Origin: Chromera velia
Taxonomy: Eukaryota
Direction of reading: 5' to 3'
Length of the DNA stretch: 57,051 nucleotides
Assembly (NCBI GenBank): GCA_018398765.1
Contig: JAHBMJ010000104.1
Span: forward strand, 1 to 57,051
The first letter of the stretch is position 1, and every line of letters begins with the position of its first letter. A model generated the notes under the pieces. It searched no databases and was not told the DNA's origin. It was given only the letters and a program-made list of their open reading frames with translations. Positions 27,375-38,442 of the stretch are shown piece by piece. The position numbers and the translations under genes are program-made.

Positions 27375-30300
27375 TCTCTGCACATCCGCTGCTGAGTGGA
27401 GGACGTCTTGAGAAGCCCCTTTTTGTTTGAGGGTGAGACTGTCACTGAGAATTTCTATGCCGGCACTGCCAGCTGTGAACGTCTTTGACCTCTCTTTGAC
27501 TCTCTTCGCAACGTTTGCTATTTCCATTCCTGCTGTGGGTGTTTTGCCTTCATCATTCCGAAGCACTCTTTGAATCTCGGTATCTCTCGCCTGATTTTCT
27601 CGATTGATTGACCCCTCTCTTTTTTTTGTATTCGTCAGTTTCAAATTCGGTGGCCGGCCCCTCCTCCTGCTTTTGGTCTTTTTGGCTGCAGAAAAATTAT
27701 GTCAGTCAGTCAGTCAGCCAGTCAGTCAGTCAGTCAATCAGTCAGCCACCCAGTAAACCAGTCAGTCAGTCAGTCAGTCAGTCATTGACTCATTAAAAAT
27801 CTGGGTCTTTCTTTATTGACTTTCCATTCATTTTGTGTGTCAGTCTGGAAGCACCCGTTCATTCTGCGATCATTCAACTCCATGTGTTTCTTCCTGAAGT
27901 TGAGTGATTTCATAGGCACGTATGAGCCTCTCGCGCTGAGTTGCTTGCATTCAGGATGGAGGTGGTAGAGACTTTGGGCAGGCGAACATTGTTGTTTTGC
28001 GACCCTTCTTGTTGATTCGTTTCTCATGATCAAAGGAAGAGAAGAAAGCAAGCTCGACCAGGGGCTCAGAAATCTCTGTAGTACAGTGATTCTCATGCTG
28101 TCCTTGTTTGCACCTTTTCTGTTTTGCATTCATCCTCCTTCACTTAACCTTTTCGCTGTCAAATCGACCCTGCCCTCTTAATTGACTTCTTCTTTCTGCA
28201 GGAGCGGAACTTTAATGTCAGTGGGTGAAGACCTGCGTGGATTCAGGGTGAATGCATGGATGGGAATATTCGGGGAAGAAGGGGGGGCGGGGACGCATGG
28301 AGGGAGGGAAGAGGAAGCCCCATAAGGCATTATGAGAGAAAGCGTATTCGGCAGTTTGTTGCACAAAGCGATTGTTCGAATTTCCTGCACCCAATTTTCA
28401 TTTTCTTGTCTCGTTTGGCCCTGGGCTAACCGAGTGGATTCCAATGAAGGGAGGCTTCCCTTTGCATCGACGTGACAGAGTTGTTGACCCTTCACGCGTC
28501 TCACCTTGTTTTCCCCCATCTCCTTTTTTGTCTTCTTTCTGACTGCAGGAGATGATGAAGAGGGTCAGCCTCCTTCTCATCTTGTCTGTTCAAGTGGGGG
28601 AAACTTTCCACGTGTTTTCAGATCGTCCACCTGAGTGCATGCACGATAAGGCAGAAAGAACGCTTCGCTCAATCTTTCGTGCCCTTTTTTGCCGTCTCAT
28701 TTCTTTTCTTTTTCACGTTGCATCATAATGCACGCCCTTTCTCTCCATTCCCCACTCTACTTCTTTCTTCTATGCTGTCTGTCTATCTGTTTGTCTATTC
28801 AGCAACGTATGATTGATTCATGTCTCTCCCTTCCTTTCCGCATTGGAAGCTGCAGGTGACCCGAAAGGAAATGGTCAGTCTGCCTGAGTGGAGGTTTCGG
28901 CTCGTTCAACATGGATCTCACAGTACTTTTGGAGATTTATCGGTACTCTCTTTTTCTAGAACCCAGCCGGTTGAAACAAAGAAGCCGATTTCTGTTCGCA
29001 GCACATCGATGAGTCAATGCACACGAATCAGCGGCAAGGACAGAAAAGGGCTCCGGAAATGTGTACCATGTGTTTTTTCTCTGCTGTGTGTAATCTTCGT
29101 TGCAGTCTCAGGTGAGTCGGCGGTCCACCACAGCACTCTGGTCTTGCTGGCTCAATAGGTGTAGTCACAGCCCAGATTGTCTCCGCAGTCCTTCCGTCTC
29201 ATTCAGACCACTGTGTGAAATACTGACTTCTTACTTTGGTTCCCGTTTGAAGGAAAAAGGGGGAAGGGGAGAAAGCGTTCCTGGAAAACGCTCATTTAGG
29301 CAGCTTCGTTGTTGGTCAAGTAGGTTTTTCTGGTAGATGTACAGACTCTCTCTAAAAGACTCAGGGGCATCTGTCATAGACACCGATGCACGATTAAAGT
29401 TCCTCCCGCAAGAAAGAAAAGTTCCCGTGAAGAACTCTACTGACCCAACGACCTTGTGCCTCCTGTCATGTTGCACCCTTATTTCTGCAGGCATCATTGA
29501 AGGTCAGCTGCACCGCTGCACTGAATGATCCAACCAGACGCTGTGCGACAGGCAGGCAGAAGGGGGTGTGAGGGTTCCCAGAGAATCCATTCGCGTATCA
29601 GAGGCAATGAAGGACCTGTTGCCTCATCATGCCCCTCTCCTGCCTCAGTTTTTGCATCTTTGTGTGCACCTGACTTGATTTTGGATTTGTTCCTCCCATC
29701 GTGCCGCGTCCCTGTCTGCTGTTCCAGCTGTCTGTCTGTCTGTCTCTTCACTTGCCCTTTCATGGACTTGCTGCGCTCCCTTTGCATGTATGTTCTGAGT
29801 GCAGCACGTGAGGGTGAGCCCTGAATCTTGGTCATCTTGGTTCAGTCAGGCGCATGTGCCTGGGGCCACCCCCCTGATTTTCTCCAGCACTCTCTCTCCC
29901 TCTCTCTCCCTCTCTCTGTGTGTCTGCCTGTCTTTATGTGTTCGGCCTCTCGTGTCATTCTCCACCGCCCCATATTGCCATAAAATACCGTTGCCGTAAA
30001 ACACCGGAGGGAGACATGTTTTGAAGTTTGGGATTGATGTGATGATGTACGATGGAGTTGGCTGATTCCGATCGGCTCCGAAGCCATCTCTTTCCTCATA
30101 GAGAGGTGTTTGTGTTTTTTCTCTTCCTAAAAAGAACAGAGAGAGACGCAATTTCGTAGTCGTGTGTTCAAAGTGACGTCCTGACTGACCAAAGATGAAT
30201 GCAAAAGGTAACATGAGCACACAATGTTCTCCCTGCATGCGCAATTTGTCCCTGTGGTTTCCAATCGTGTTTGTCTCTGGATGAAACCACAAAATTCTGC

Positions 30301-31408
30301 AGACCCTTTTGGTCAGTCCATTCATTTTCTTCCAAGCATTTCTTTGACTGCTCCGAATCTCCGTTCGTTGCAATGGATTCCATTCGTACCGTTGCTTTGC
30401 TCTCTTTCTACCTTTTTACATACCGTTGTGTCTTTTTTTTTCTTGGCCCCTCTCTCTTTTTCTGTTCTGTGCTTGCTTTTGTATCCTCTTTGTCACATTC
30501 TTTGTCTCTTCTCCGTGCGACTGTGTCGTTTGCTTGCAGGAACAAGAGGTCAGTTCTGTGCTTCAAGTTGCCCGCATCTGCACAAGCTTTGTTGACACAA
30601 TCGATCACCAATGGACTCCCCCCCTCTTGTTCTGTGCTGTTGTGAGCGAGGGCTCGCTCCTAGTCTCCAATAGTTAGCAAGATTCTGGAACCCAAGCTTG
30701 TTCGCTGTTGTTGTTCTTGAGCCCTCTCCGTAAAGTTTCTCTGTAATGTGTTATGCCTTCGTGGATGTGCGGGTGTTTGCGTATGGCTGCGTGTGTTTGT
30801 GCAGATGAGACATCACACAGAGGAGCTCGAACAGGTCACTCTCTCCCAGGATTGAAAGTACTCTTTGCTTTTTTCTTCTTACTTCTGTCCAGGCTGTATT
30901 GTTTTCACGAACCACAACTGCCATGCCGTCGGCAGACACCGCATGACTTCGTCACAAAGCAGAAGAAAAAGACAGTCACAAACAACCATCAAGATCTGAA
31001 TGCCTCTCTTCCTGCGTACTCATTCATGTGCAGCCCGCCACTACTTTGAGGAAGCGGCCGATGTGCAATGGAGTGCCCGAGGAGGACTCTAAAAAGAAAG
31101 AGAACAGGAGTGCGAGTAGTTCCACTCCCAAATCATCCAGTCTTCAGCTCACTGCATCACACAAACACTCGGTTGACCCGGAAGAAAAGAATAGAGGACC
31201 TTCGCTTGATGAAGTTTCCTCACAGACCACACCGAGGCAGGGGAAGCCTTCCGTAGAGAGGCATTCATATATAGGTAGCAAGCGCAAGGAGTTGCCCGAG
31301 CGTGCAGTTATCAGAGAAGATGACGATAGCGGGGAAAGTTTTCTTACTGTCCGAATGGACGTTCTCGCGGACAAGTTGAAGACAGAAATGGGCGGTGTTG
31401 CTCCTTGA
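12700..31408 (+). CDS. Large secreted cysteine-rich protein (EB-module/EGF-like repeats) with a micro-exon-encoded helical C-terminal half, ~1560 aa and ~37 exons
   Basis: Signal peptide MSSQPLFRPGLSFLSALLCALSFIDA and repeated G-x-x-C-x-x-D-x-D-C-x4/5-GL-x-C...C-x-C modules. Phase-consistent exons 12700-13769, 14051-15438, 15898-15922, 16324-16439, 17025-17186, 17622-17636, 17960-18109, 18487-18504, 18809-19069, 19335-19346, 20576-20588, 20990-21621, 21950-21969, then 23 micro-exons between 22382 and 30834 (see findings), and terminal exon 31034-31408; total 4692 nt. The link across 19347-20575 is the weakest point, so two genes cannot be excluded. Confidence 0.7.
26629..27325. other. Near-perfect 349-bp tandem duplication next to an N gap, probably an assembly overlap artefact
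   Basis: 26629-26977 is repeated from 26979 onward. The copies are separated by a single N and preceded by a long N run. Confidence 0.75.
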
Positions 31409-32038
31409 AAAGGAAAGTGCCCAAGCTCGATGAACTAGCTGGCGGAATCATACCAGGAAGCGTGACTTGCGAAGTTAAACTTTAAATATAGATCGAGTTG
31501 TTTTTTGGTGACAACTTTGAAGGTTTTACATATTAACACCAGTTCACTGACGCTAAAATCTAGCAAGTTATCTGGTGGGTATTGTAACATTATGGCTTTT
31601 ATTATCTTTTTATGAAAATATAAAGCTTCATAAGTGCCAATGTCTTGTTTTTATTGCTGACCCAATCTTGAATGTGCACTGGTTTTTATTTAATAGTCGT
31701 ATACAATATACAAAAAAAAAAGATAACATACTGGTGACCTTCAAGTTGCATAGTCATGGTTATGATACCAAAATACTTAGTAAAATATAATAATGAATAA
31801 AGACTTAAGATATGTAACGAAATGACTTTAGAATTATCCTGGAAATGATCAAGTTTTTGAACTAACAAAATATGATACCGAATTAATAAATTAAAGAATA
31901 TATTTACTAAAAAGTTTTTTAAAATATATAAAACATGTTTAAAATTTAACATTTTCGTTATATTTTATTAGAACGTGACCAATGTGGTTCAACTAAATTA
32001 ATTCATGCAACATACAAACATTTTTGAGTTTTATGAAA

Positions 32039-34435
32039 CTATGTAGGTTTGAGCCAATTCAGGCTTATAGCCGTTGTGGCGATTTCTGAACTTGCCTGTG
32101 ACCTGGCTTCCATCTGACTGGAATTAGTAGATGCCATCTTGACAGAAGGTGCAGCTTCATCTTTATGGGACTCCACTGGTGCAGAGGTGTCTTGCGCACT
32201 GTGCCTATGATGGACTGCGACTTGCTTAGTCTCTGCCGTCTCATCGCTCAGCTGGGCGCTTGGTGACAGCAGCGGGGGGAAAGGGAAGACGTCAGGAATG
32301 GTATGGGTTTCTAAAAGGAGAATTGGGAGAACGCGCTCTTGAAGGAGAGCGCAACAGATGGAGTGCTTGGGAGGGATCCAGCAGTCAGCAGTGAGTGTAT
32401 GTTGTTTTGTTAATCGGCTTTCGAGTCTGTCAGTGATTGTGTCTGTTGTGTTGAAAACACTCAATGTGTCAGACTCAGGGTTCTTACTGGTTGTATCAGA
32501 TGGTGCTGTTTTGCCTTTCCAGTGTGCCCTCTGGCACTCTCGAGAGCAGTAGGTGGCAAGCTTGCACCCAGAACAATTCTTTGCCTTCACACTCTCCCTC
32601 CTACAAAAGTCGCAAGGTGGTGTAAAGGCAGCTCTGACCTCTTGCCGAGACCTCAACTGCATGTAAAGGGGTGTTTGAATCAACAATTCTCCCTCCGTCC
32701 TTCCATCAGATTTTAAATCAGACATCCTCTCACTAGACGCTGTCTGAGCGCACAAACCTTTCCCCACAGCAACTCTCTCACTGCCTTCACCTGTCTGCAA
32801 TGCGAAAAACTTTTGAGCTGCTGCTCTTTTTTTGTCCTCACACTCCCCCCCTGCCGACTCCCTTCCCTCTGCGAGTACCGCTCTTGCTTTTGCATTCTCC
32901 TCTTCGATAAACTCTGGCAAGGAGCCAAGAGGTACATTGAATTTCTGCAGAGCATCTACAGGCAGTTCTGAGTCCGCTTTTCGGTTGGCCTACAGCCATT
33001 CAGAGAAGGCCTGATGGAATGCCGGACGATCGTTCTTTGTGTCTTCATGAAACTTTTTCTTCTATTCTGCAGAAAAATTCGGGCTTTCCTGCAATCGTAA
33101 CATGAGGAGGGCAATGTATGTACCTGCATGGGAATTCGGTTTGAGGCTTTTTTGAAGCTCTACAAGACTTTGCAGGGTCTGCAGAATCTCCTTTGTCTTT
33201 TCTTTCTCTACTTGTTTTGCGATTTTTGGATTCTGGAAACACACCTCAATCGCCTTCGCTCTGAAGGACATCTGACTCATCTCTGTGACACAGGTTTCGG
33301 CCTTTTCGGAATAGGCCCTCAGAGCGTGGGCATAGAGGGTCATCGCGTCGGTGGTTGCATGTGGGGAGGCAAAGGCTTCCTTTTCTGCCTTGCGCTGATC
33401 TTGAAGCGTACTAATGCTGCGCAAAATGCCAACAGCGTTGTCCCATGCTGTGATAATGCGGTGGGAGTGTTCTTTCGGGTTGGGTGGTCTCACTCGAACT
33501 CTTTTTTCTTTCTCGGCAATTCCCACAGCAAGCCGGAAGCATCCCCGGAAGAGGAGAGAGAGATCCATCCCCTCTTTCTCTGCCTTGGAGGCTCCCGGTG
33601 CTGCACATGCACTAAGAGCTTCCACGGCCTCTCTGTGGTGCGACTTTTGTTCTGTAAGGAAATGTAAAAACTTCAGTGCGCTCTCAAGTCCAGATGTTTC
33701 ATTGGGGTCTCGAATCGTCTGCAGGATGTTCTTTTTCAGGCTCCAAAAGAATGGCTTGGACTGCCACAACTTTTCGTTCAAGCGCGGCCACCTTGACAGC
33801 AGGTAGCCCAGAATCTTCGCACCACAGCTGTTCAGGGCTCTCAAATTTGCCGAGAACAACTGACTCGACTCCTGCTTCCTCTCACAGCAGGAGCATTTGG
33901 ATTTCCTTACCCTCCTGTAGTCGTCAAACACCTCTTTCGTCTGGTCAAAGTCTTGAGTCTGTAGACCAAAGAACCACATGACCGAATAAAAAAAGTTTTT
34001 GACCATCAGAAGCTGCAGGACAATAAAGGAGCCCATCCACTCTGGGCTTGATGTCTTTGTGTGAGAACCAGAGGTCTGAGGGCAGCTGTGCATTTGCAAG
34101 CGCTGTTGAGCTTCTCTCAGCTCGACTTTGAGGCGACTGCGGGCAGTGTCGAGGGAAGTTGCAAGCGGACAGAGCAGATCAAGAAAGGCGGCGGCTTTGC
34201 ACAAAAGCTCTTGAAAGTCGTGGTTAGACAGTTCGGCCAGGAGGCCATTGGGGACTCTCGGTGCGGTTGGGAGCAGTTTGTTTACTTGTGTCTTCAGCTC
34301 AACAATTCTGGCGGCGGCGTTTCGGAGCCCTTCGAACTCTTTCCCCTCCAAAACGAAGTCGGGAAACAGGCAGGAAGCCGTGTTCTGGCCTTCCACTTCC
34401 TGAATGCGGTCAGATCTGTTGTCTGCTTCTTCCAT
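32039..34435 (-). pseudogene. Intronless MYND-type zinc-finger protein gene interrupted by two in-frame TAG codons
   Basis: Track ORFs 33062-34564 and 32039-32920 are in the same frame. The linker reads KKKFHEDTKNDRPAFHQAFSEWL*ANRKADSELPVDALQKF with stops at 33062-64 and 32990-92. MYND motif CDFC...CSGCKLATYCSRECQRAHWKG...KHSICC. Probable ATG at 34435. Confidence 0.75.
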
Positions 34436-35429
34436 TCGGCCAGACCTGCAGACGAATCTAGCAAAAGCCTTAGAGTTGGGCGTGTTCAGTGCGACAACGG
34501 TTGCGGAGGGCGAGCAATTGGGGAGGGCGCACCTCAAAGTGCCTGTATATGCAGATCGAAACAACAGTCAACGCATTACTGCACGACGGTCACAACAACA
34601 GCTCGAGGAGGACTCGGTGTTTCAGAAAGCTGTCTTTCGTCGACTCGTTGGCAACACGTCACCGATCTGGTAAAAGGCAATAGCCATGCATGCACAGATG
34701 CACTCTCAACAAAGACACAGATATGTATTAATATATAATATAGTCTGCTGCATGCTGGCGGTTCGTTGTTGACTTTGATGTCATTGACTCCTTATATATC
34801 ATGCGTGCTTCAGCACGCACATGCATGCAGTACGTGACAAGTCGTGCAACAGTGACTGCATGCGTGCATGTGCAACACGTAACTCATGCAACAGTTATTG
34901 CCGGGGCCCAGGGCCTCGGTTCTTGTCTAGTTCTGTATACCCCCACGACCTGGGTCAACGGGTAACGCGCGCGAGTGAAGCCTGATCGCGACACCCATCC
35001 GTCACGCATGGCGGGCTCCGTGCGAACGGTCGCGAGAAAACAATCCATCCCTCCGCAGAACATGCAGAGAGAAACGTGCCCCTCAAGCAATATGTGCGGG
35101 ACGCCAGTGCATGGCACAAAATCGATCTCGGCCACGCCAATGCATTCAATTAATTAAGCTATAGGATCTTCGATGGCAAAAAAGAACTGGTATGGGACAG
35201 ACATAGCTGCATATTCTCCTGTACATCTGGAGGATGGAGGTAACAGGCCCACCAGTAGGTCCAAATTTGCAGTCAATCCTGCGTCTGTGCGTACAGCTAA
35301 GCAGCAGCTTTTTGACTGACCTTGTTACGAACTCTGCATACACAGTTCAATCAAGCTTCTGTCTGGACACGTGGTGAGAGGATCAAATCTTCAGGCCAGA
35401 AGTCCTATATGAAGATAAACACGCAGACG

Positions 35430-36700
35430 TTGAACTTCTCTCCACTTTCACCTTTCCTGCTTGAATGACGGCCTCTCCACTTCCATCTTTCTATCTGTTT
35501 GCATGACAGCCTCTCCACTTCTATCTTTCTGTCTGTTTGCATGACGGCCTCTCCACTTCCATCTTTTTGTCTGTTTGCATGACGGCCTCTCCACTTTCAT
35601 CTTTCTGTCTGTTTGCACGACGGCCTCTCCACTTTCATCTTTCTGTCTGTTTGCATGACAGCCTCTCCACTTCCATCTTTCTGTCTGTTTGCACGATGGC
35701 CTCTCCACTTTCATCTTTCTGTCTGTTTGCATGACAGCCTCTCTACTTTAATCGTTCTGTCTTCTTGCACGACGGCCTCTCCACTTTCATCTTTCTATCT
35801 GTTTGCATGACGGCCTCTCCACTTCCGTCTCTCTGTCTGTTTGTATGAACGGCCTCTCCACTTCCATCTTTGTTTCTTTCTTCTTGCACGACGGCCTCTC
35901 CACCTCCATCTTTCTGTCTGTTTCCATGACAGCCTCTCCGCTTCCATCTTTCTGTCTGTTTGCATGGCGCCTCTCCACTTTCATCTTTCTGTCTGTTTGC
36001 ATGGCGCCTCTCCACTTTCATCTTTCTTTCTGTCTGTTTGCACGACGGCCTCTCCACTTTCATCTTTCTATCTGTTTGCATGACAGCCTCTCCACTTCCA
36101 TCTTTCTGTCTGTTTGCATGACGGCCTCTCCACTTCCATCTTTTTATCTGTTTGCATGACGGCCTCTCCACTTCCATCTTTCTGTCTGTTTGCACGACGG
36201 CCTCTCCACTTTCATCTTTCTGTCTGTTTGCATGACAGCCTCTCTACTTTAATCGTTCTGTCTTCTTGCACGACAGCCTCTCCACTTTCATCTTTCTATC
36301 TGTTTGTATGACGGCCTCTCCACTTCCGTCTCTCTGTCTGTTTGTATGAACGGCCTCTCCACTTCCATCTTTATTTCTTTCTTCTTGTACGACGGCCTCT
36401 CCACTTTCATATTTCCATCTTTCTTTTTTGCTTGCTTGGTGGGTCTCTACTTTCTTCTGTCCTAGCTTCTGTCATGCGCTATCGAACATGATGACTCTCC
36501 ACTTTTGTCTATCTTGCCGGCTTGCATGACTACTTTCCGCTAGCTTCTATCTTTTCTGCCTGCGTGTTAAGGGCCTCTCCAGTTTTATCCTATCTGCTAG
36601 CCCGTCTGCTTACAGAAAGTCCGCTTCACTTTCATCTTCCTTGTCTCGTCATATAACAACCTTTCAGTCTTCATCTTTCTTGTCTGTCTGCGTGTATGAC
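35430..36700. repeat. 38-bp minisatellite (GCCTCTCCACTTTCATCTTTCTGTCTGTTTGCATGACG) with a ~500-bp higher-order duplication and a decaying tail
   Basis: Units start at 35471, 35509 and so on, with about 25 well-preserved copies to ~36420. The variant block CTCTACTTTAATCGTTCTG occurs at 35741 and 36242. Confidence 0.95.
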
Positions 36701-37242
36701 CCCTCATTGGAATAAACAATATGCTCTAAATCTCGTATGGTTGATAATTCCGTATAAAAGCTGATGTCTGTTCCAGTTTCATTTCTCTGGTTTTCTTTTC
36801 TGTTTTCATATGCTTGGATGCTGGCTTTTCCTGGACCACAGAGAATGTTTTCCTTCCTAAAATATAAAATTTAAAGCAGAATCATTTGGAGGAGGATGGA
36901 GGATGGAGTTTACAACATTTGAACAAAAAATAAGAAAGACTTCCTCACAAGGAATTTCTAGCAGAATTTTCAACATATTCACCATAGCAATATATTGTGA
37001 GTTTACGTTTCTGTAAAATTCTTGTTGGGGAGAGATTTAGTAGGAAAACCGAAAAGACTTACGTTTATTCAAAGCCTTATTTGCAGCAGGACATATAAAA
37101 TTAGAGATAGAAACAAAAGAAAAAAAAATATGTAAACTTACGTAATTTCAGTTATAATTTATATACCACTATGAGTAATTTACCAAATTTTGAATACTTT
37201 TGACAAAAATAGATAAAAAGGGGGGGGGCATTGACTTAAAAT

Positions 37243-37827
37243 TTGTTCTTAACGTTTGGTCTATACGTCTTTCATCTCTTCCTTCTCTCCTGGTTACTGC
37301 TCTCGCTGCTAGCTCTCTCTCTCATGCGACCTCATACTTGACGCTCCTCCATCTGAATGCCTTCTTCGGCATTTGCTAAATACTTCCTACCCCTTAGTCA
37401 TGACCAGTGCACTGCCTACTCCTGCTTCCTCCCAGCCCTCCCCCTGCACTCCTCTGATCCTCTGAATGCATACGCTTGCCGCTTTCAGTTGGGCAATCTG
37501 CAGTTGGGCTCGGATCCGGCCATACGTCTTACTCACGTGTTGCCCTCATTTCTCACTCAATCGCTCTACCACCCTCTTCAAAAACATCTGTGCCTCCTCC
37601 TCTATCGTCCCGTCGACCGCACTCACGAGTGGAGTGAAGTCGCATCCTCTGTCCGCGCTTGCCTGCCCATGTTTCCTCTTCTTTTCTTCTGCTGCTGCTT
37701 TGAGGGCTTAAGTCCAGGTCACCTTCTCCCTCGAGGCGGCGTGTGGGTTTATCACCCTGGTATCGAAAATTGCCAGCCTTTGTGGAGCGTAGGCCCCCCG
37801 GACTTGGAAGTCCCCCCTAATGATAGA
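37243..37827 (-). mobile_element. 5'-truncated CRE-type non-LTR retrotransposon: C-terminal restriction-like endonuclease plus 3' UTR
   Basis: Minus frame from 37818 reads [29 protein letters not shown]...[14 protein letters not shown]...[11 protein letters not shown]...[13 protein letters not shown]...[18 protein letters not shown], which matches the RLE motifs RxD..D..K..K, FTPLV and RARL. Possible 9-bp TSD ACTTAAAAT at 37234-42 and 37828-36. Confidence 0.8.
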
Positions 37828-38442
37828 ACTTAAAATGGTTTGAATAGTTATGAATGGTTATGGAATAGTATAAGAACAAACCAAAACTCCTATATATGAA
37901 GATAAATACGCAAACATTAAACTTCTCTTCACTTTCATCTTTCGTGCTTAATTGAATGGCGAACTCGCCACTTCTATCTTTCTGTCTGTTTGCATGATAG
38001 TCTTTCCACTTTCATCGTCCAGACTCCAGACAGTCTTTTTGCAAGACGGCCCTGAGGATTAATACTAAGAGGCTTTGGTCGAGACGATTTTTTGCTGGGC
38101 CCCGGCATGCCACTGGAGCCTGTGGAAGTGGCATCCTGCATTGTGCATATGCAACATGCAGTTGATGCAATAGTCGCTGTGAACACAACGGTTCGCAATT
38201 CAATGTGCAACACGTACTGTGGTGACAGCGTGGTCCAACTTTGCTGTAACTATATATTTGCATCGATATGTACTGGAGCATTCCCCATGATGGATCATGC
38301 GTGTCATCAGAGACCAGCCCGGGGTCGTTTCTCTGCATGACGAAGCTCCCCACTTGCAGTGCTGAAGACAGTCTGTCAGAGGTAAAGACGAGAGAGTGTT
38401 GTTTGAATTGCCGCACTCAACTGTACTCCCATCTCAGGCAAA

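Noticed and set aside
35430..36420. CRISPR-like array or repeat-protein ORFs
   Set aside because: Head-to-tail units without unique spacers, no cas genes, eukaryotic context. The ORFs are repeat translations in several frames.
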